A stretch of DNA of 64,000 nt from Lama glama. Lineage: Eukaryota. The translations under genes were made by a program, and so were the position numbers. The notes below the pieces were generated by a model. That model did no database searches. It saw only the letters and a program-made list of their open reading frames with translations, and had not been told where the DNA came from. Positions 1 to 13,880 of the stretch are shown piece after piece (position 1 is the stretch's first letter; every line of letters starts with the position of its first letter). Where the stretch lies: NCBI GenBank assembly GCA_028534125.1, contig CM052829.1:29388001-29452000 (forward strand), given 5' to 3'.

Positions 1-519
1 CTAATTTAGTCAGTGAGGTCAGGTGTATTTTAAAGATCACGTGAGGTAAGAAAATTGTTTATAAAAATATTGAGTCAAAATGGTTTATCTTTTGAAATTC
101 AGTTTTTATTTTGGATGATAACTTGACTTTTTGCTGCAAACATGAAAACCCTAGTTCACTACCACTAATTATTAATTAACAACATATTAGAAGCATTATT
201 TTGCATTCTGATCTTATATAACATTTGTATTCCATTTTGTAGCCATAATTCTTACTGCTGTCTCATCTTACTTCCACATTTAAGTGATTATAACAAGTAA
301 TTTTAGCATGATTTATCTACTCCGGTAGTTTCATTTAATATATCCTTTTTAGCTGGATTCCAGTAAATTGTTCTGGAAAATGTGGTGTTTTGAAGATATG
401 TTTTAAATGTATTAAATTTATTTAAAACAAATATATCAAGTAACCTTTTCTCTTAGTTGTAGGTTTTGACAATATCCTTGTAGGACTATGTTAATCTAGT
501 TGATTCATTAGTTCATGGC

Positions 520-1010
520 TGAAAAATTATTTCACTCTGTGACTTGTCATTTAGTATTATTCCTCTATAGATAGTCATATATTTGTTTTGTTTTTAATTT
601 TGAACAATGCTGTTATGAACATTTTTGTATATATCTTCTTCTAAACATATACAAGTTTTCCTGTGGTATATAACTAAAATTGGAATGATAATGTCAGGTG
701 GTAAATCCATCATAAGTTTTACTAGAAATTGTCAAAATTGTATTCTGAAGTCTTATACTTGTTAATACTTTCACCATCAATTATTAGACCCAGTTTCTAT
801 ACTTCTTCTCTAATATTTGATATTGTAAGACCTTGAACTTTTGGCAGCCTGAGTGTAAAACTGAATTTTGTTTTTTGTTTATATTTACATATTTAAATTA
901 TTTACCTAATTATCCCAAACTTGAACATCTTATTTGGTTGTTTGGATTTTTTTCTGCATGAATTATGGTAACTTTATTTTCATCTCTTTTTTGTTTTATA
1001 GACCCTTCTT
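520..1010 (-). mobile_element. Old L1M LINE fragment (ORF2 3' end/3' UTR, antisense)
   Basis: Degenerate antisense L1 motifs such as 'aacaatgctgttatgaacatttttgtat...ggtatataactaaaattggaatg...actagaaattgtcaaaattg'. Recalled similarity; boundaries approximate. Confidence 0.6.
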
Positions 1011-1948
1011 TGAACTTTCATTGTTTACAATTAGAACATTTTTATTCTCTGAAAAGTCTTTGAAAATATGGAAAACACTTGGATGTCTCTTTTTCTTCAA
1101 CTAAATTCATTTGTATGTATATTGCCTGATTTTTTACAAATATTCCTTTCCTCTGGCCTTCCTCCTACCTTTGGTGATTTGTTAGGTGGTTTCAATCTTC
1201 CACCACCCCCAACTGTATGTTTATTTTATGCTTTATTTAAAGCAGTATTTATTACATGCCCATCAACAAACTAGTTCATTCTAACTGATTAAAATGCAGA
1301 AATTAATTTAAGATCTAGCTCTGCATTTAATAACTTTTTAAAAATGGAGATAATAATTCTGTATTAATGGTGTCAAAGCAGAGTCATGTCATACTTTTTA
1401 TCACAAGTTAAAGGTGCTTGAAAGTTGTAGTTTTACCAGAATAAACCATAGCATACTGCTCAGCCAACTTCATATAATATCATATACAAAATCCTTAGTC
1501 TAAAGCTACTAGTATTCCAGTATAGCCAATGGATAAAGATTTTCTTTTATGGAGAAAACGGCTGAGAAATAAACATAGTTACCATAACCTCTGATAAAGA
1601 CTGTAGGATTCTGCTTTATTTTATGTTATTCTTACAAAAGAAGAGATGTGTTCTTTCTCCATGATCAGAATGACACCTCTGAATTTGAACAATTGTCTCG
1701 GAGTATTGCCTTTCTCTGATGCATCATTAATGTTCCTTTCCAATATCTTTATTTATACACAGATGTCTGTATTTGTGTGTAAGATGTGCCAAATAGCAGC
1801 TTCAGCGATGGCCATTACTGAGAGATGTGTAGAGTTGGTTATAGGGTGTCCTCCAGAGATCATGAGGAGTGTGGGTTTTGTGTGTGGGTGATGGGAGTGA
1901 GCTGGAAGGGAAGACCATGGAGGAGACTGGAAGGTACTCCTTTGAAAC

Positions 1949-2413
1949 GTGGGTTCTTCACCTGGGTGTTTTTGAATTGAACTCAAGCCACTGGAGAATT
2001 TGTACATGAAAAATTTACATCTTATTTCCCCTAATTCATTTAGTATGTCCTTCAGTTGTGAATAAAGGCCACAACCTATGATAGTAACATCGGTGACTTT
2101 GTTTCCAACCAACATCACAGATTATTTCATATCACATTACAGGTGCTGTAGATAGCCTGAAATATCACTTACTCTTATCACTGCTTTGAAATTGCAGTCA
2201 TTTATAGAGCTGTTTCTATTTAATGCACTACTAAATTAACACATTTATTACTGGGTTACGTATTTAAAAGATAATTTGATACTTGTTATTCATTATAGCT
2301 CGTTTCCATTACAATTCTCTATTTTATGCGTTTGTAAACCTTATTCTCATAAGAGGACTGGACTGTAAGACTGCCAAAGGGAGTCCTGACATTAAAATGT
2401 GTAAGAACCTTTG
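1949..2413 (+). mobile_element. hAT-Charlie non-autonomous DNA transposon (Charlie4a-like)
   Basis: Degenerate TIRs 'gggttcttcacc' and 'gtaagaacctttg'. Internal 'catcacagattatttcatatcacattacagg...cactgctttgaaatt' and 'gactgccaaaggg' resemble the recalled Charlie4a consensus. Confidence 0.7.
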
Positions 2414-4023
2414 CTATAAGAGGTGAGCTCAGCTTGCTTTTAACCTTCCTTCATTTCCAAATATGACAGCATGTCTTCATTTTCTCTGCCATCAAGCATA
2501 AAGTTCTAAGGAAAACTGAGAAATATTTTCAACCAAGCTGTTTATCACATTGTCTTATTTTTATGGAATAAATGGACCCCATATGATGGAGGAAAAGAAA
2601 AATAGGTAACTTATTCAAGCTCAAGGGCACTTAAAATGTCACAGTGGAGAAAAAGGAGAATGACAACCGCATTTACAAAAAATTCTCATTAGAAAAAAAG
2701 GATTTTGTTTTAATAAATGACATAGAAACATCTTCGGTTCTATTCCTTTATCACCTTAAGTTTCATTTTGAAGATCTGAAATAATTCTAAGAAGAATTGC
2801 TGATACAGTGATAAAGTAATAAGGACTCCTAAATTTGTGCTAATCACATAGAAAAGAAAACAGAAAAGCCTGTGGGTGTTTTTCTCCACATAATATATTT
2901 TTTTTTTTCTGGGGTCTTGATCACCATCTCAGAAGAACGCTGGGCAGAGCTTGCTAATATTTGCAGATTTCTACAGTTTGTTCACCGCTCAATTTTCAAC
3001 GTTAGTGGACCTCACCCAGACAGCGTTAACTGGAAAGAAAGAATTTACTCTTTCTTATACTAATTGAATATCTAAAAACATATTTGACCCATTCTTGAAT
3101 TGAAAGGCAGCCTTCACCCAGGATTTGACAATTAATTATTTCTAAACATAATTGGATCTCTTTCTCTCTATGTAAGAAGTTTAAGACCGTTTTAGTGAGT
3201 GTATCACCTATGCCCACATTCCGGCTTTCCCACCACAGATGGACTTGGTAAAGCTTAGAAAGATCTGGGCCATTCTCTTTTCCCTTTTTTCTCTCTCTTA
3301 CACACAAATTCACAAACACACACACAGAAATAGAGGAGAAAACAAGATAAAATGAGCAAAATTAGAAAAAATGGTTAGGATTCAGTTCATTGGTAGCTGT
3401 ATTATATATGATATATTTTTATTCACGCATGTAAGATCTATGTTTTGAATAATATCCAGTATCAGTTAAAATGCTTGTAAAACATCAAAGTCTTGCAGCC
3501 CTACATAACAGATAAACATCAAAACTAATATCTCCATTATGTTGTATAATAGTATATTTTCACTCACAGTTATTTAAATGTCATCCCCATTTCCTTTCTG
3601 TAGTGCTGATGTTAACCTTGTGAGCTCTAAATTGTCTGGAAGTTAATGGCCTGTTATATGAGTATAATAGTTCTTAGTGAAAGAATATTAGATTATATTA
3701 TGCAGTTTGAAATGTAACTTGATCTCTGTCTCATAATCATAAATAATGACATAGTCTTGGTTGAAATTAAGGACATTTTTTTTTTCTGCTGATGCTATTC
3801 TTAGTTTAAATGAAGGATTTTTTTTTTTATCTGGATAAACACTTAGTTGCCCATCATCACACCCTGGTTTAGAGTGAAAAATGAGAGCGTGGAAATGAAC
3901 ATTTGTCCTAAAGGGTGGAGTGTTTTTTTGTGAAAATCAAAATTTGAAAATTGTTGTATTAAAGTTAGTAAATTCAGAAGCATTATGTTCTGTCAGGACC
4001 CATATATGCCCTTGTCATACTTT

Positions 4024-4195
4024 NNNNNNNNNNNNNNNNNNNNNNNNNNNNNNNNNNNNNNNNNNNNNNNNNNNNNNNNNNNNNNNNNNNNNNNNNNNNN
4101 NNNNNNNNNNNNNNNNNNNNNNNNNNNNNNNNNNNNNNNNNNNNNNNNNNNNNNNNNNNNNNNNNNNNNNNNNNNNNNNNNNNNNNNNNNNNNNN
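4024..4195. other. Assembly gap (172 N)
   Basis: Run of N seen directly. Confidence 0.99.
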
Positions 4196-4619
4196 CTCAG
4201 GCATTTTAAGCCATCTCCTGTGGTAGACTGACATAATTTCTCTCCCTCTCTCTTGAGTCTGGGAAGGAAAGTAATTGGAGTCTGGTAATTTTGGCCTATG
4301 GCTGATGAAGATAAATCATAACGAGCTATGGAATACACACTGACAATTCACATAGGGCTCCTAGAACGTGAACTTCCAGTAATGCATTAATCAAATATTG
4401 TTTCCTTCTGATTTAGACTCAAGAAAGCCCTGGAACAGTTTTTATTTTTTGACAAAAATTTTTTATTTTTTGACAAAATTTTGCACGCTAAACAAATTGT
4501 TTGAAGATGTAAGCTATTGTGTCTTTCAGAACATGGGGTAGAGTCTTAGCCTTTCCATTGTATCCATTATATATGATTTTAAGCTAACATATTTAGCACA
4601 GCCTCTGTGAGGTTTGAAA

Positions 4620-4860
4620 ATAATGGAGGTGGAAGAGAATTCAGGACCATCTGGTCTAGCCCTTCTCCTTAAGGCTCATGAATGTATAAATCATCTTGAA
4701 CAGATGGAGATGTAGTCACCTAAAACTTTATAGAAATAGAGGTTCTAAAGCTTCCTTCAATAACTCATTTCTGAATTTGATCACTCTGCTAAGGACATTT
4801 GTTCAAACTATTTTAATTAAAAAATCCATCTTCTAATGTCATTTTCTAGGCTCTTGAAGA
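4620..4860 (-). mobile_element. L3/CR1 LINE 3' fragment
   Basis: 'ggaagagaattcaggaccatctggtctagccc...cttccttcaataactcatttc' resembles the antisense CR1/L3 3' end; highly degenerate. Confidence 0.45.
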
Positions 4861-5215
4861 CTAAACAGCTTCAGGGTTTCAGTTGGTCAATATAAGTTTG
4901 TTAAACTGTTCATTTATTAGTATTTATTTAACAGCGTGTGTTGATTATTTTCAGTGCATTAGATGCTGTACCAAGTATTCATTTACATTATTGCATTCAG
5001 TTCAACAAAGGAAAGTAATGTGGACAAGACACATGTCTAATGAAAACACGAGCTGTAACTTTAATCCAGATTTTTTTTACTCAACTCTTTTCTTTGAACT
5101 GTCTCCTCAGTATGAGAGGCCAAACTCCTTCCTCCCTCTCTGAGTTAAATTTCCAAATGGCTACTCTGAATCATGTTACTGACTTCTTTCCTTAGCTAAT
5201 GGGGGTATGTATATT

Positions 5216-5428
5216 CAGTATTTCCCAACCCTTTTTTCATTGTCACCTACTCCTGCTAGACCCATTTCAGAATTTTTCTAAAATCTCCTCCCATGAAATT
5301 TTAATTCCACAAATATACTGTATAACTGTTTATATCCTGTATATAAAAAAAAGAGTAGTAGTTTTTGTCCCCTTCAATAACCAATTTTCACCCCTCGAGG
5401 GCAAAACTGCTCCCCTTGAAAATGAATG
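5216..5428 (+). mobile_element. MER112-like hAT-Charlie MITE
   Basis: 'cagtatttcccaacccttttttcattgtcacc...cccatgaaattttaattccacaaatatactgtata...aaccaattttcacccctc...ccccttgaaaatgaatg' follows the recalled MER112 consensus. Confidence 0.65.
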
Positions 5429-7734
5429 TGGTGTATCTCTGCTTACCTATTTGATTGTATGAGTGTACATTTCTTTTACTTGACTTTAATGATGTGTTGA
5501 TTTGTTATATGTGGAGTAATAATAAATCGGTAGTAATCTGTATCTTTTTTTCAAATGTGCTTTTCAGTGTCCTGAAATAAGAAAAATGATTTTGAGTAAT
5601 TTTATATATGTCAGGGCATAAGTGAACTTTAATACCTCCTTGACAATATATAATTTGTGGTATTGAAAAAAAAATCAGGATGTAAGTAAATGCCATCTGG
5701 CCTATTTTGTCTGTTCTGTAGACCTTAGGCCAAATTTCATGTTTACCTATAAATGTCCCATTCTTAGTATAAATCCATATTCTTCTCCGTTTTGACATCA
5801 CAGGCTCTTGCCATAGAAATGATTGATACCTTACATTTATCTTCCTGTCTCCACAGTAGGTTCATAAGGAGATTGTCAGGAAAAAGAACAGACTTCATTG
5901 GCACAAGCAACTTTTAAAGATAATGTACCTCTTTTTATGTTCATCTTCATTTTCCTTTAAAATTCAAGGGTTACAAATTGGTGCTTTAGAAAGTGCATAA
6001 GTTTTGTATTTTATTCTGTGATTTATTTTAAAAACCATATAGGATTATGATGTTTTGTAAAGAGTTCAAATAATGGGTTTTACACAATTTTAATTTACAC
6101 TTTAAATATAAAATTAGCTTGTACCACTGGCTAAGAAACTATTAACTAAGTATATCCAACTTTAACATGTTCTGCAAGAATACAGTGGTTAGGAATAAGC
6201 CTCACTGGTAACTGGGCAAGGAACTGGAAGATGACAGAAGTTACTTGGCACTTCCAAATGTAGTCTGTGGAAAGTCTCTAGTCTGGGACTTTGATCTACT
6301 TCATTGGATCAAAAAATGAAAAACTGAATCTTGAAACATTTTCATACTTTTTTGGAGGTACACTCTATATGCAATTATTCACATAGATGAAACTAACAAT
6401 TTATGTCTTAGAATCTCTTCCTTTTATGATAGTATCCACTTCTTTGAAAGATTTTTTGTTGTTGTTCTCTACTGAATTTTACAATGCTTTATATTTAAGA
6501 GAGGCATTTCAGTAGTGTCTTTTGTCACCTAAAACTAATTTTGATGACCTCACTGATGACCCCATCTATGTTCTGAAATTTAAATGAATACTGTCTAACC
6601 AAGAGCAGTACATTTGGCCCCTGAAATGATTTTCCTGTATATTAGTCCTGAGGCGTTCAAAGGAACTTTAGAAATTGTCCCCTGTGAGGGGAGACTTTTG
6701 CCAGCTATTGCAGTTTTCCAGATTCATATGGAAGAGAAGGATAGTGTATATCTAAGTGAATGAAATGGAAGAATTAAACAGGTTTCCAGTTGAAATGAAG
6801 AGAAAGGAAAAAAAAGTTACATGACTATTTGACATAGGTCTCAAAAGAAGAAAGGTAAATCTGAAGTGGCCACTGCAGATATGTTTCAAGTTACCTGAAG
6901 AAAGAGTCAAGTATTTGAGAGCATTGGTCCTTCGTGTGGATTTAGTTGAAGAAAAATAATGAGAAATGGGAAATAGCAATGGGAAATTTATGCAGACCTC
7001 TGTAATTTCACTCCTGGCGCTTTATTTTGAAATATCTGTGTGTTGTGGATAAGGGGTTCACTTTCTTCACGTTTAACAGGTCCCTCCCCTGTTAAATGTG
7101 TTCACTTTCCAGGGTGAACACAGCTCAGTCAAGAACTACGCAGAGAGACCATTCATTTAAAAAGTTGTCGTATCATAGATGCATTAAAAATTATTCTTCT
7201 TCAATATTTAGATTTAATGCCAATGGATGAGAGACAAAATTAGATATTCAAATGATTGTGGAACATTTTTGGCCATTCACAAATTGCATAACAGCCCAAA
7301 ACAAATAATCACGTCACTGATACTGAAAAATCTGTAGTGCTTGTGGGTTTTTAAGTCAATCATGATGTACTTTATATGTTTACATATATACCAGTTAATA
7401 TAATAAACATGTATCAAAAGTGATAATAAAGAACATGATATAATTTATGTTTCAAGAAGTGGGATAATCCCAACAAGTCTTGAAGTACCTTTCCCTTTTA
7501 AAAAGAAGAAGGGATAGAAGATGTTGAAAGGAAGCAGTAGTATTCAGGGGATTTAAGGGGACTGTGAAAAATCTGTGGCCTATGCTCAGAGCTGGAAGCA
7601 TAATAACTCTCCATGGGACCTAGAGCAACATTCTGTGATTAGACACATTAATACCGCTGCAGAAAACGAAGAGCGATAATCAAAAACAATAAATTGCTTC
7701 ATTGTAGTTTAGAATTTGGATAAACGATTATAAG

Positions 7735-7915
7735 CCCGTGTTAACTCATTTAAATTCTCACAATTTCAGGCTTGAGGTATTATCCCCATTTTGAAGGCAA
7801 AGAAACTGAAACAAAGAGGAGTTGAGTGACTTCTTTTGAGTCACACAGTTATTAACCAGGAGTTAAACCGAGGTAGCTTGGCTACAATAGTCTATATTTG
7901 TAACCTTGTTGCTCA
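7735..7915 (-). mobile_element. MIR SINE
   Basis: Core 'tcatttaaattctcacaa...ggtattatccccattttgaaggcaaagaaactgaaac...gagtgactt...gtcacacag'. Confidence 0.7.
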
Positions 7916-8579
7916 GCTGCTTCTCTAATATACATACATGCATGAATACATACAGATAGGGAAGCTTGCACATAAGCGAGCAATTAGTTAAGAACCATTT
8001 ACAACACGGTTCAAACTAACATAAATGATCAGTGTTGAAAATTCTGATTATTTATGTTGCTTTAAATAAAGTTTATATTCTTATAGTAATTATTTTATGT
8101 TGCATTTAATTTTTGTTGCTAATGGATATTAACTAAGTTTTAAAATTCTCTATATTAATAGATATTATTAAAACTTGTATATATAACTTATATTTAGTTT
8201 GGCTTTCTGGAAATTCCACATTTGGTTTTTTATTTCAGGTACAACTTATAAAGTATTAATTTATACTAGGAATTGCAACTTTGTGACTGTTAGATTATAG
8301 AAAATACTTAGATGACCAAAGACAAAACACTCATGGTAAATGAGAAGAAAAAAACATAAACATAATCAAAACTATAAAATTTAAGGCTTTACAGTAATTG
8401 CTCCATGGGCATAGAACTTAATAGTTCTTAAACCTTGTATTTGTACCCAGGGATATATAGACTGACAGCTGAATTATATTTATTGATGTCCACCTCAGCA
8501 CCTAAGAATGTTTTGTGACATTCATAGAGTCTGTTGTAATATTTTACTGGTGTTGCACTTTTTAATTTATCCAACTCTT

Positions 8580-9562
8580 GTGGCCCTCTGAAGAAATGAC
8601 TGATACCACCTCTGGAGCAGGAAATACACAGATTGAGCCTGAAACATCTTGTAACATCAGAAAGTAAGAGCTGTCAAAGGGTACTAGGGTTGTATCACAG
8701 TGACTGAAGAGCCAGCTTGAAGTCTCCCCCACTGACCAAAACTGGGATATTTTGAACAAATGAAAAAGGAAGGAAGGAAAGAATAATAAAAGAAAGGAAG
8801 GAAAGCACTCTAATGGATTGAATCATATGAACTATGTTAAAATTCATAAGTTCATAATAATACTTAAAATGGATATCATTAATAACCTTTGGATGATTCT
8901 AAGAAACCAGCATAATTCTCTGAAAACTTCTAAATACAGGGAAAACATCAGACATTTAACCTGTCTTTCTTAAACTATGCTCAAGGTAACTAGCTAAAGA
9001 GAGAGGGCTTTCTTTATAGAATTATTCCAAATAATGAGTTAAGATGAAATTGTAGAATGATAATATATCCACTTTGTAAAACTCAATAAAATAATTGATT
9101 TAGTTGATGATTATTAATGACTATTAACGTCACAAAAAGAGACTGTTGAACATTCTTTATCTGTGATGGATATACACAACATCTATGAAATATTCTTGCC
9201 CCCAACTTCAAACCTGAATCTGATTGAGCTTCTACAGCTATCCACCAGTTCATAGGAAATTCTGGGCATTGAGAGATGTATAAATAATACTAAGCAGAAA
9301 AGTCTACAATGTAAGAAACTCTATAGGATGAAGGACCTAGTTTCTTTAGTTACTAAAATGCACTATGAAAAAGGGAGAGAGAGGGATTTATAGATTAAAA
9401 GGGACTTAAAAGACGTAACAACCAAATAACTGTGTTAGAATTATTTAGATCAAAATTTGAACAATCAGCTAATAATTATTGAAGCTAGGTGTATGAGGGT
9501 TTGTTACATTAGTCTACTTTTCCATATGTTTAACATTTTCCACAATAAACATAAAAATAAAA
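8580..9562 (+). mobile_element. L1MC-type LINE 3' UTR
   Basis: 'aaacctgaatctgattgagcttcta', 'tatagattaaaagggacttaaaagac', and terminal 'attgaagctaggtg...gtctacttttccatatgtttaacattttccacaataaa' followed by an A-rich tail. Confidence 0.7.
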
Positions 9563-9649
9563 TATAATTGTTCATCTAATTATATTTTCATCCAGTATCA
9601 CTGCTCAAGTAACAAATTATGAGAATTTCTAATAGCCAGAAATTAGGTT

Positions 9650-10170
9650 ATAATTTTCATTATTTTTGAAGTTATCTGTAATTGCATTTTTACTTCCTCT
9701 CTGATGCAGTAATTCCTTAGGTGAATCACTTATTTGTTTTTCAGATATACAGTTAGTTTTAATTATTTGTACTGCACTGTGGTCAGAAAATGAGGTAGTG
9801 CAAATTATGTCTTTTCAGAACTTACAGAACTTTTTTTCATTAACCAAGTAAATGATTTTTGTAACAGATATGTGCACTGTTAAATATAGACATTTTCTTT
9901 TATAATGTGGCATTTCACTATCATTCAGTCTTTTTTGTTGTTTATTAAATTCAGCTATGTCACTTTTGGTTACAGTGCTCTTTTAGAGATGCTAATGATA
10001 GAATTGTAAATAAAAACAAATTGTGATAATTTCCCCCTTTTTAGTAATATATTTTGCTGCTGATATTCTAATACTGTAGTCTTAAATACATATACTTTCA
10101 CAATTTTATCATTTATTATGAATTAAATTGTCTCTCTGTCAATATATAGTATCTCATTTATTATTAACAT
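9650..10170 (-). mobile_element. Old L1M fragment (antisense)
   Basis: 'gcactgtggtcagaaaatg...' in T-rich degenerate sequence typical of antisense L1M. Confidence 0.4.
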
Positions 10171-11519
10171 ATTGCTTATTTAGTAACAAATGCCTATAAG
10201 ACATGTGACATGCAGATGAGATCACTAAATTATACATAACAATGGTGACCCATTTGTTAAGTCTTAGCAAATAACCCTGATTCAACTCTCTCTTTCCTTA
10301 TGGAATTTTTCTATCACACCCATAGCCTGTTCCAGTCATAAATCAATTCTTAGTTAAAGAATACATGCTTCCAAATTCCTAATCTTTCATCATCATTATT
10401 GATGGTATTTAATGGAATTTCACTTTTTTCTTGGGACCATGGAGATTGAAGCTTATTTTGATAAATGGAGGCCCTAACTACACCTTTATATTGGTTGTCA
10501 TAAACCCTTTTCAGCTATTTTAATATTTAGAGGAAAAGGCCATTTTTTTATGGAAATATTGAATGAATAAATTTCCATCAGATGAAATGATTAACAAGGC
10601 CTTGCTGAATTTCCTATTTTTCACTTAGCAGTCATTGTATCTAGAATGTTGTCATTGTCTGTCAGAAGAGCAGTGTAATGCCTTTATCTTCAATTCTTTC
10701 TAAACTGGCTGATTCTTAATGGGGAGGGGGAAGCAGTGTATTTACTTATGAAGTCACTGTAGCCTAAAAGATGGATTTCAGTCTGTAGAGCTGTGGTGAA
10801 AATTTAATGCTAATTGTAGTTTGAATGATCCAGTCACCTTCTGATAGTACAGTTTTACACCCAAGTAATTTAAATCAAATTCTGAAAAACACATTTTCTT
10901 TCTTCTGATAGCAAATGCATAATATGCTCTAACTAATGGGAAAACCCACATGCTAGAGAAAGATGAACATGATTAAATATGTTTAATTATTTTTCTCATA
11001 CTATACATTAATAGCTTTCTCAACCATGTCCCAGTGGCTACAGCACATTGTGCTGTGCACCTCACTGAGAAGCTTGTCTCATTTTATCATACAGTCTTCA
11101 TACCGTCTTGCCCTTTTTCACCTTTGCCATTTTAACTTACTACAATTTTGTTTTCTTCATGCCTCTGATCTCCTTTAAATTTTGATTTCACATATTATAT
11201 ATACCAATTATTTATCAACTAATTAACTAATTTCTCCACGTACTTTATTATTTTTTTCCCCAAAGACATTCTGTGGTCCTTGAAGGCAAAAAATGTCCTA
11301 GATTCTGGGCCATATTTCTTACTGTATTCAGTTTTAGAGAGATGGAAGTTGTGTGACAAATTCTAGTTTAACTGAATTATTTAATTTAAAAAAGAGCAAT
11401 TGGTGTTCGGGGGTCAGTTCTTCAGAGGCATTTGAGCTCTGACCTGTAACAGGCAGGTCACCAAGTGCTTCCCCGGAGACTTAAGTGGTGTCTATTGATA
11501 CTTCTATCACCTTTGTCTC

Positions 11520-12950
11520 TTCCCTGAGTCACTCCCTCTTTATGAGTCACAACGCTTGAAAGCTGCTCTCTTTATCCTGATCCGCCAACTCTCAGCAAAC
11601 TTTTCTATTTTTTAATCTCCATTTTGCCACCTTGGTCATGCTTTTTCCCCTTATCACTCTGCCACCACTTTGGCTGCCTCAACTAGCCAGACAGGTAACT
11701 CGTTTCTTAGAGTATTTTCCATACATGCATTCCTCAGACTTTTTGATTTCTAGCATTAAACTCATCTTCCTCTGTACTCCCCTGATTTCTGTTTTTTGTC
11801 CCATTCTGAACCCCAATTCCTCAGTCTCCCTCAGCCTGTCCACCATGCTGCCCCCCCCAATCATATTCTGTTACTTGACTATTTTACCACTTAACTCACT
11901 ATGGCTAGGTTGCCTCTCCCTTTTGTCAGGCCTCATCCTTGACTAAACCTCACCACCCCCCTTTGTGATACCACAAAGTCCTTTCACCGACCTGACTGGC
12001 TGTAGTACAAGCCCAGTTTACCATCAGTACTTCCACTAATCTCTGTTCGACTTACTTCTGAGAGTAACTGGTGGCCATAATAATGTCCATTTCTTTCTTT
12101 TTTTGTATGTATGTATATATATATATTCTTTTATTGAGGTATAGTCAGTATATAATGTTGTGTCAATTTCTGGTGTACATCATAATGCTTCAGTCATACA
12201 TGAACATACATATATTCGTTTTCACATTCTTTTTCACCGTAAGTTACTACAAGATATTGAATATAAGTTCCCTGTGCTAGACAGGATAAACTTGTTGTTT
12301 GTTTTATATATATTAGTATCTGCAAATCTCAAACTCCTAATTTCTTTTAAACACCTGACTACTCTCCTAACTCTCCTTCAAAAACTCTGACCTTTGATTT
12401 TAGTAATAAAAGTCAAAGCCATCTGATCTCAACTCTACAATTGATAACTCTTTCTTCCCATTTCTTTCCTGAACACAGTTTTCAGAATTTACTACTTCCA
12501 ACCTTCCTCCTGACCCTGTGGCAGGTACATCCTATGTCTTTTTCAGGTATTATAACCGTCTTCCAAGTCCTTTTAATCTTAGCTGCTTGTATCTTTCTAG
12601 AGACCTTTTCCTTCAAATAATTCATCTTATGTGTTTCTCTTCATTCATTACATCAAATATTTCAAACAGCCCACAAATATTCATATTCTAAAATCTCTTT
12701 ATCAAAAGAAAAAACCTTTTATTTTGACCCCAATTTTTCCTCATTGTGGTCTGTCCTTTTCTTCCTTCATTAATAAAATTCTCAAAAGAATTACCTTTTA
12801 ATACGACACTTTCCGTCCCTACAGTATTTACTTGTGCATTCATCTGTTATGCTGTTTCTCTGAACACTACGTTGAAACTTTTCTTTTAGAAGTTTATAAC
12901 TTTTTAATAGACAAACCTAAGTCATTTCTCTTAGATACCACCTCCCTGCA
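11520..12950 (+). mobile_element. L2 LINE fragment, interrupted by a younger L1 at about 12097-12339
   Basis: Long CT-rich degenerate tract with L2-like motifs on both sides of the L1 insertion. Confidence 0.5.
12097..12339 (-). mobile_element. Younger 5'-truncated L1 3' end (camelid-like) with TSD
   Basis: T/TA-rich tail, then 'ttgaggtatagtcagt...ttactacaagatattgaatataagttccctgtgcta...gtatctgcaaatctcaaactcc'. TSD ATTTCTTT at 12089-12096 and 12340-12347; the right copy lies in a TT/AAAA endonuclease site on the minus strand. Confidence 0.85.
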
Positions 12951-13679
12951 GCAGAAGGTTTTGTGTAAATTACAATAAGCATAATTTTATAGAATATGTA
13001 TATCAGTTGCTTATATTTATGCCACATCTGAATATAAATTTTTGAAAATTTGATTTAAGATTTCATCTGTAAAGACTTTGTTGTCTTTTCTGCTACTTGT
13101 TGGAGATGGGCTAATTAGGTGAATATTGATCTCTGTCTGGGTTCTTTTACATTTATGTTTCCTTTTCATGTCTAATACAACAAGATAATCTACTAAAGAG
13201 GTGCCTAAAGCTACAAACTAAAATGAAAGATTTTCTTTAAGAATGCCTTAATTTGTTCTTTCTTCCCTTCCCTCCTTTGCTTAATTACTTTTCAGGATTG
13301 TATAAATCCATAGAATTAAATAGTAGAGTAAGCATATAGGATGTCCTTGATTTGTTATAGGTCAGACTGCCTGACAAATGGACAGAAATAAAGCTGAAAT
13401 CTGTAAGATTGGTGGAAAAAAAACCTCTTCCTCCCTATTTTAGCTTTTCAAAATTCTTTCTGCCTTTAGTTCCCAGTTCAGTTTCCAACAGATCACGATA
13501 TTCAAGTCAATTTAACAAATATTTATTGAATTCCTAAATGACATTCTTCATACTTCCAACACGTCAATCAAAATTACTTTTTTACCTAATGTTCCATTAT
13601 TAGTATTTTGGTTTTCTTGTACCAAAACACTTATCCCATGCTATTCCATATTTGAGTTATTGACAAGAATTATACTAAC

Positions 13680-13880
13680 TGACATTTTAACATAATTCTC
13701 TTTCCCAAGTACTGTGCTAATCACTGGACATACCTTATGTCTCATTCTCAATGCAAATGGGAAAACTTGATGTTATTGTCCTCCTGTAATGATGAATAAA
13801 CATAGAAAGTTTAACTGAACTCTTTCCGATCATATAAATTACAGTCGGGATTTGCCCTTGAATTTGCCCTTTTTTATAGC
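13680..13880 (-). mobile_element. MIR SINE (degenerate)
   Basis: 'ccaagtactgtgctaatcactggacatacc...gatgaataaacatagaaagtttaactgaact'. Confidence 0.45.

Noticed and set aside
1753-2118. 121-aa minus-strand ORF
   Set aside because: It overlaps the Charlie-like repeat and has no recognisable domain or splice context.
3015-3030. 14-nt minus-strand micro-exon-like segment (ttctttctttccag...gtgagg)
   Set aside because: It is too short to distinguish from chance without transcript data.
3920-4338. ORFs spanning the first N gap (likewise 32694-33052 and 56021-56523)
   Set aside because: They are open only because N codons translate as X.
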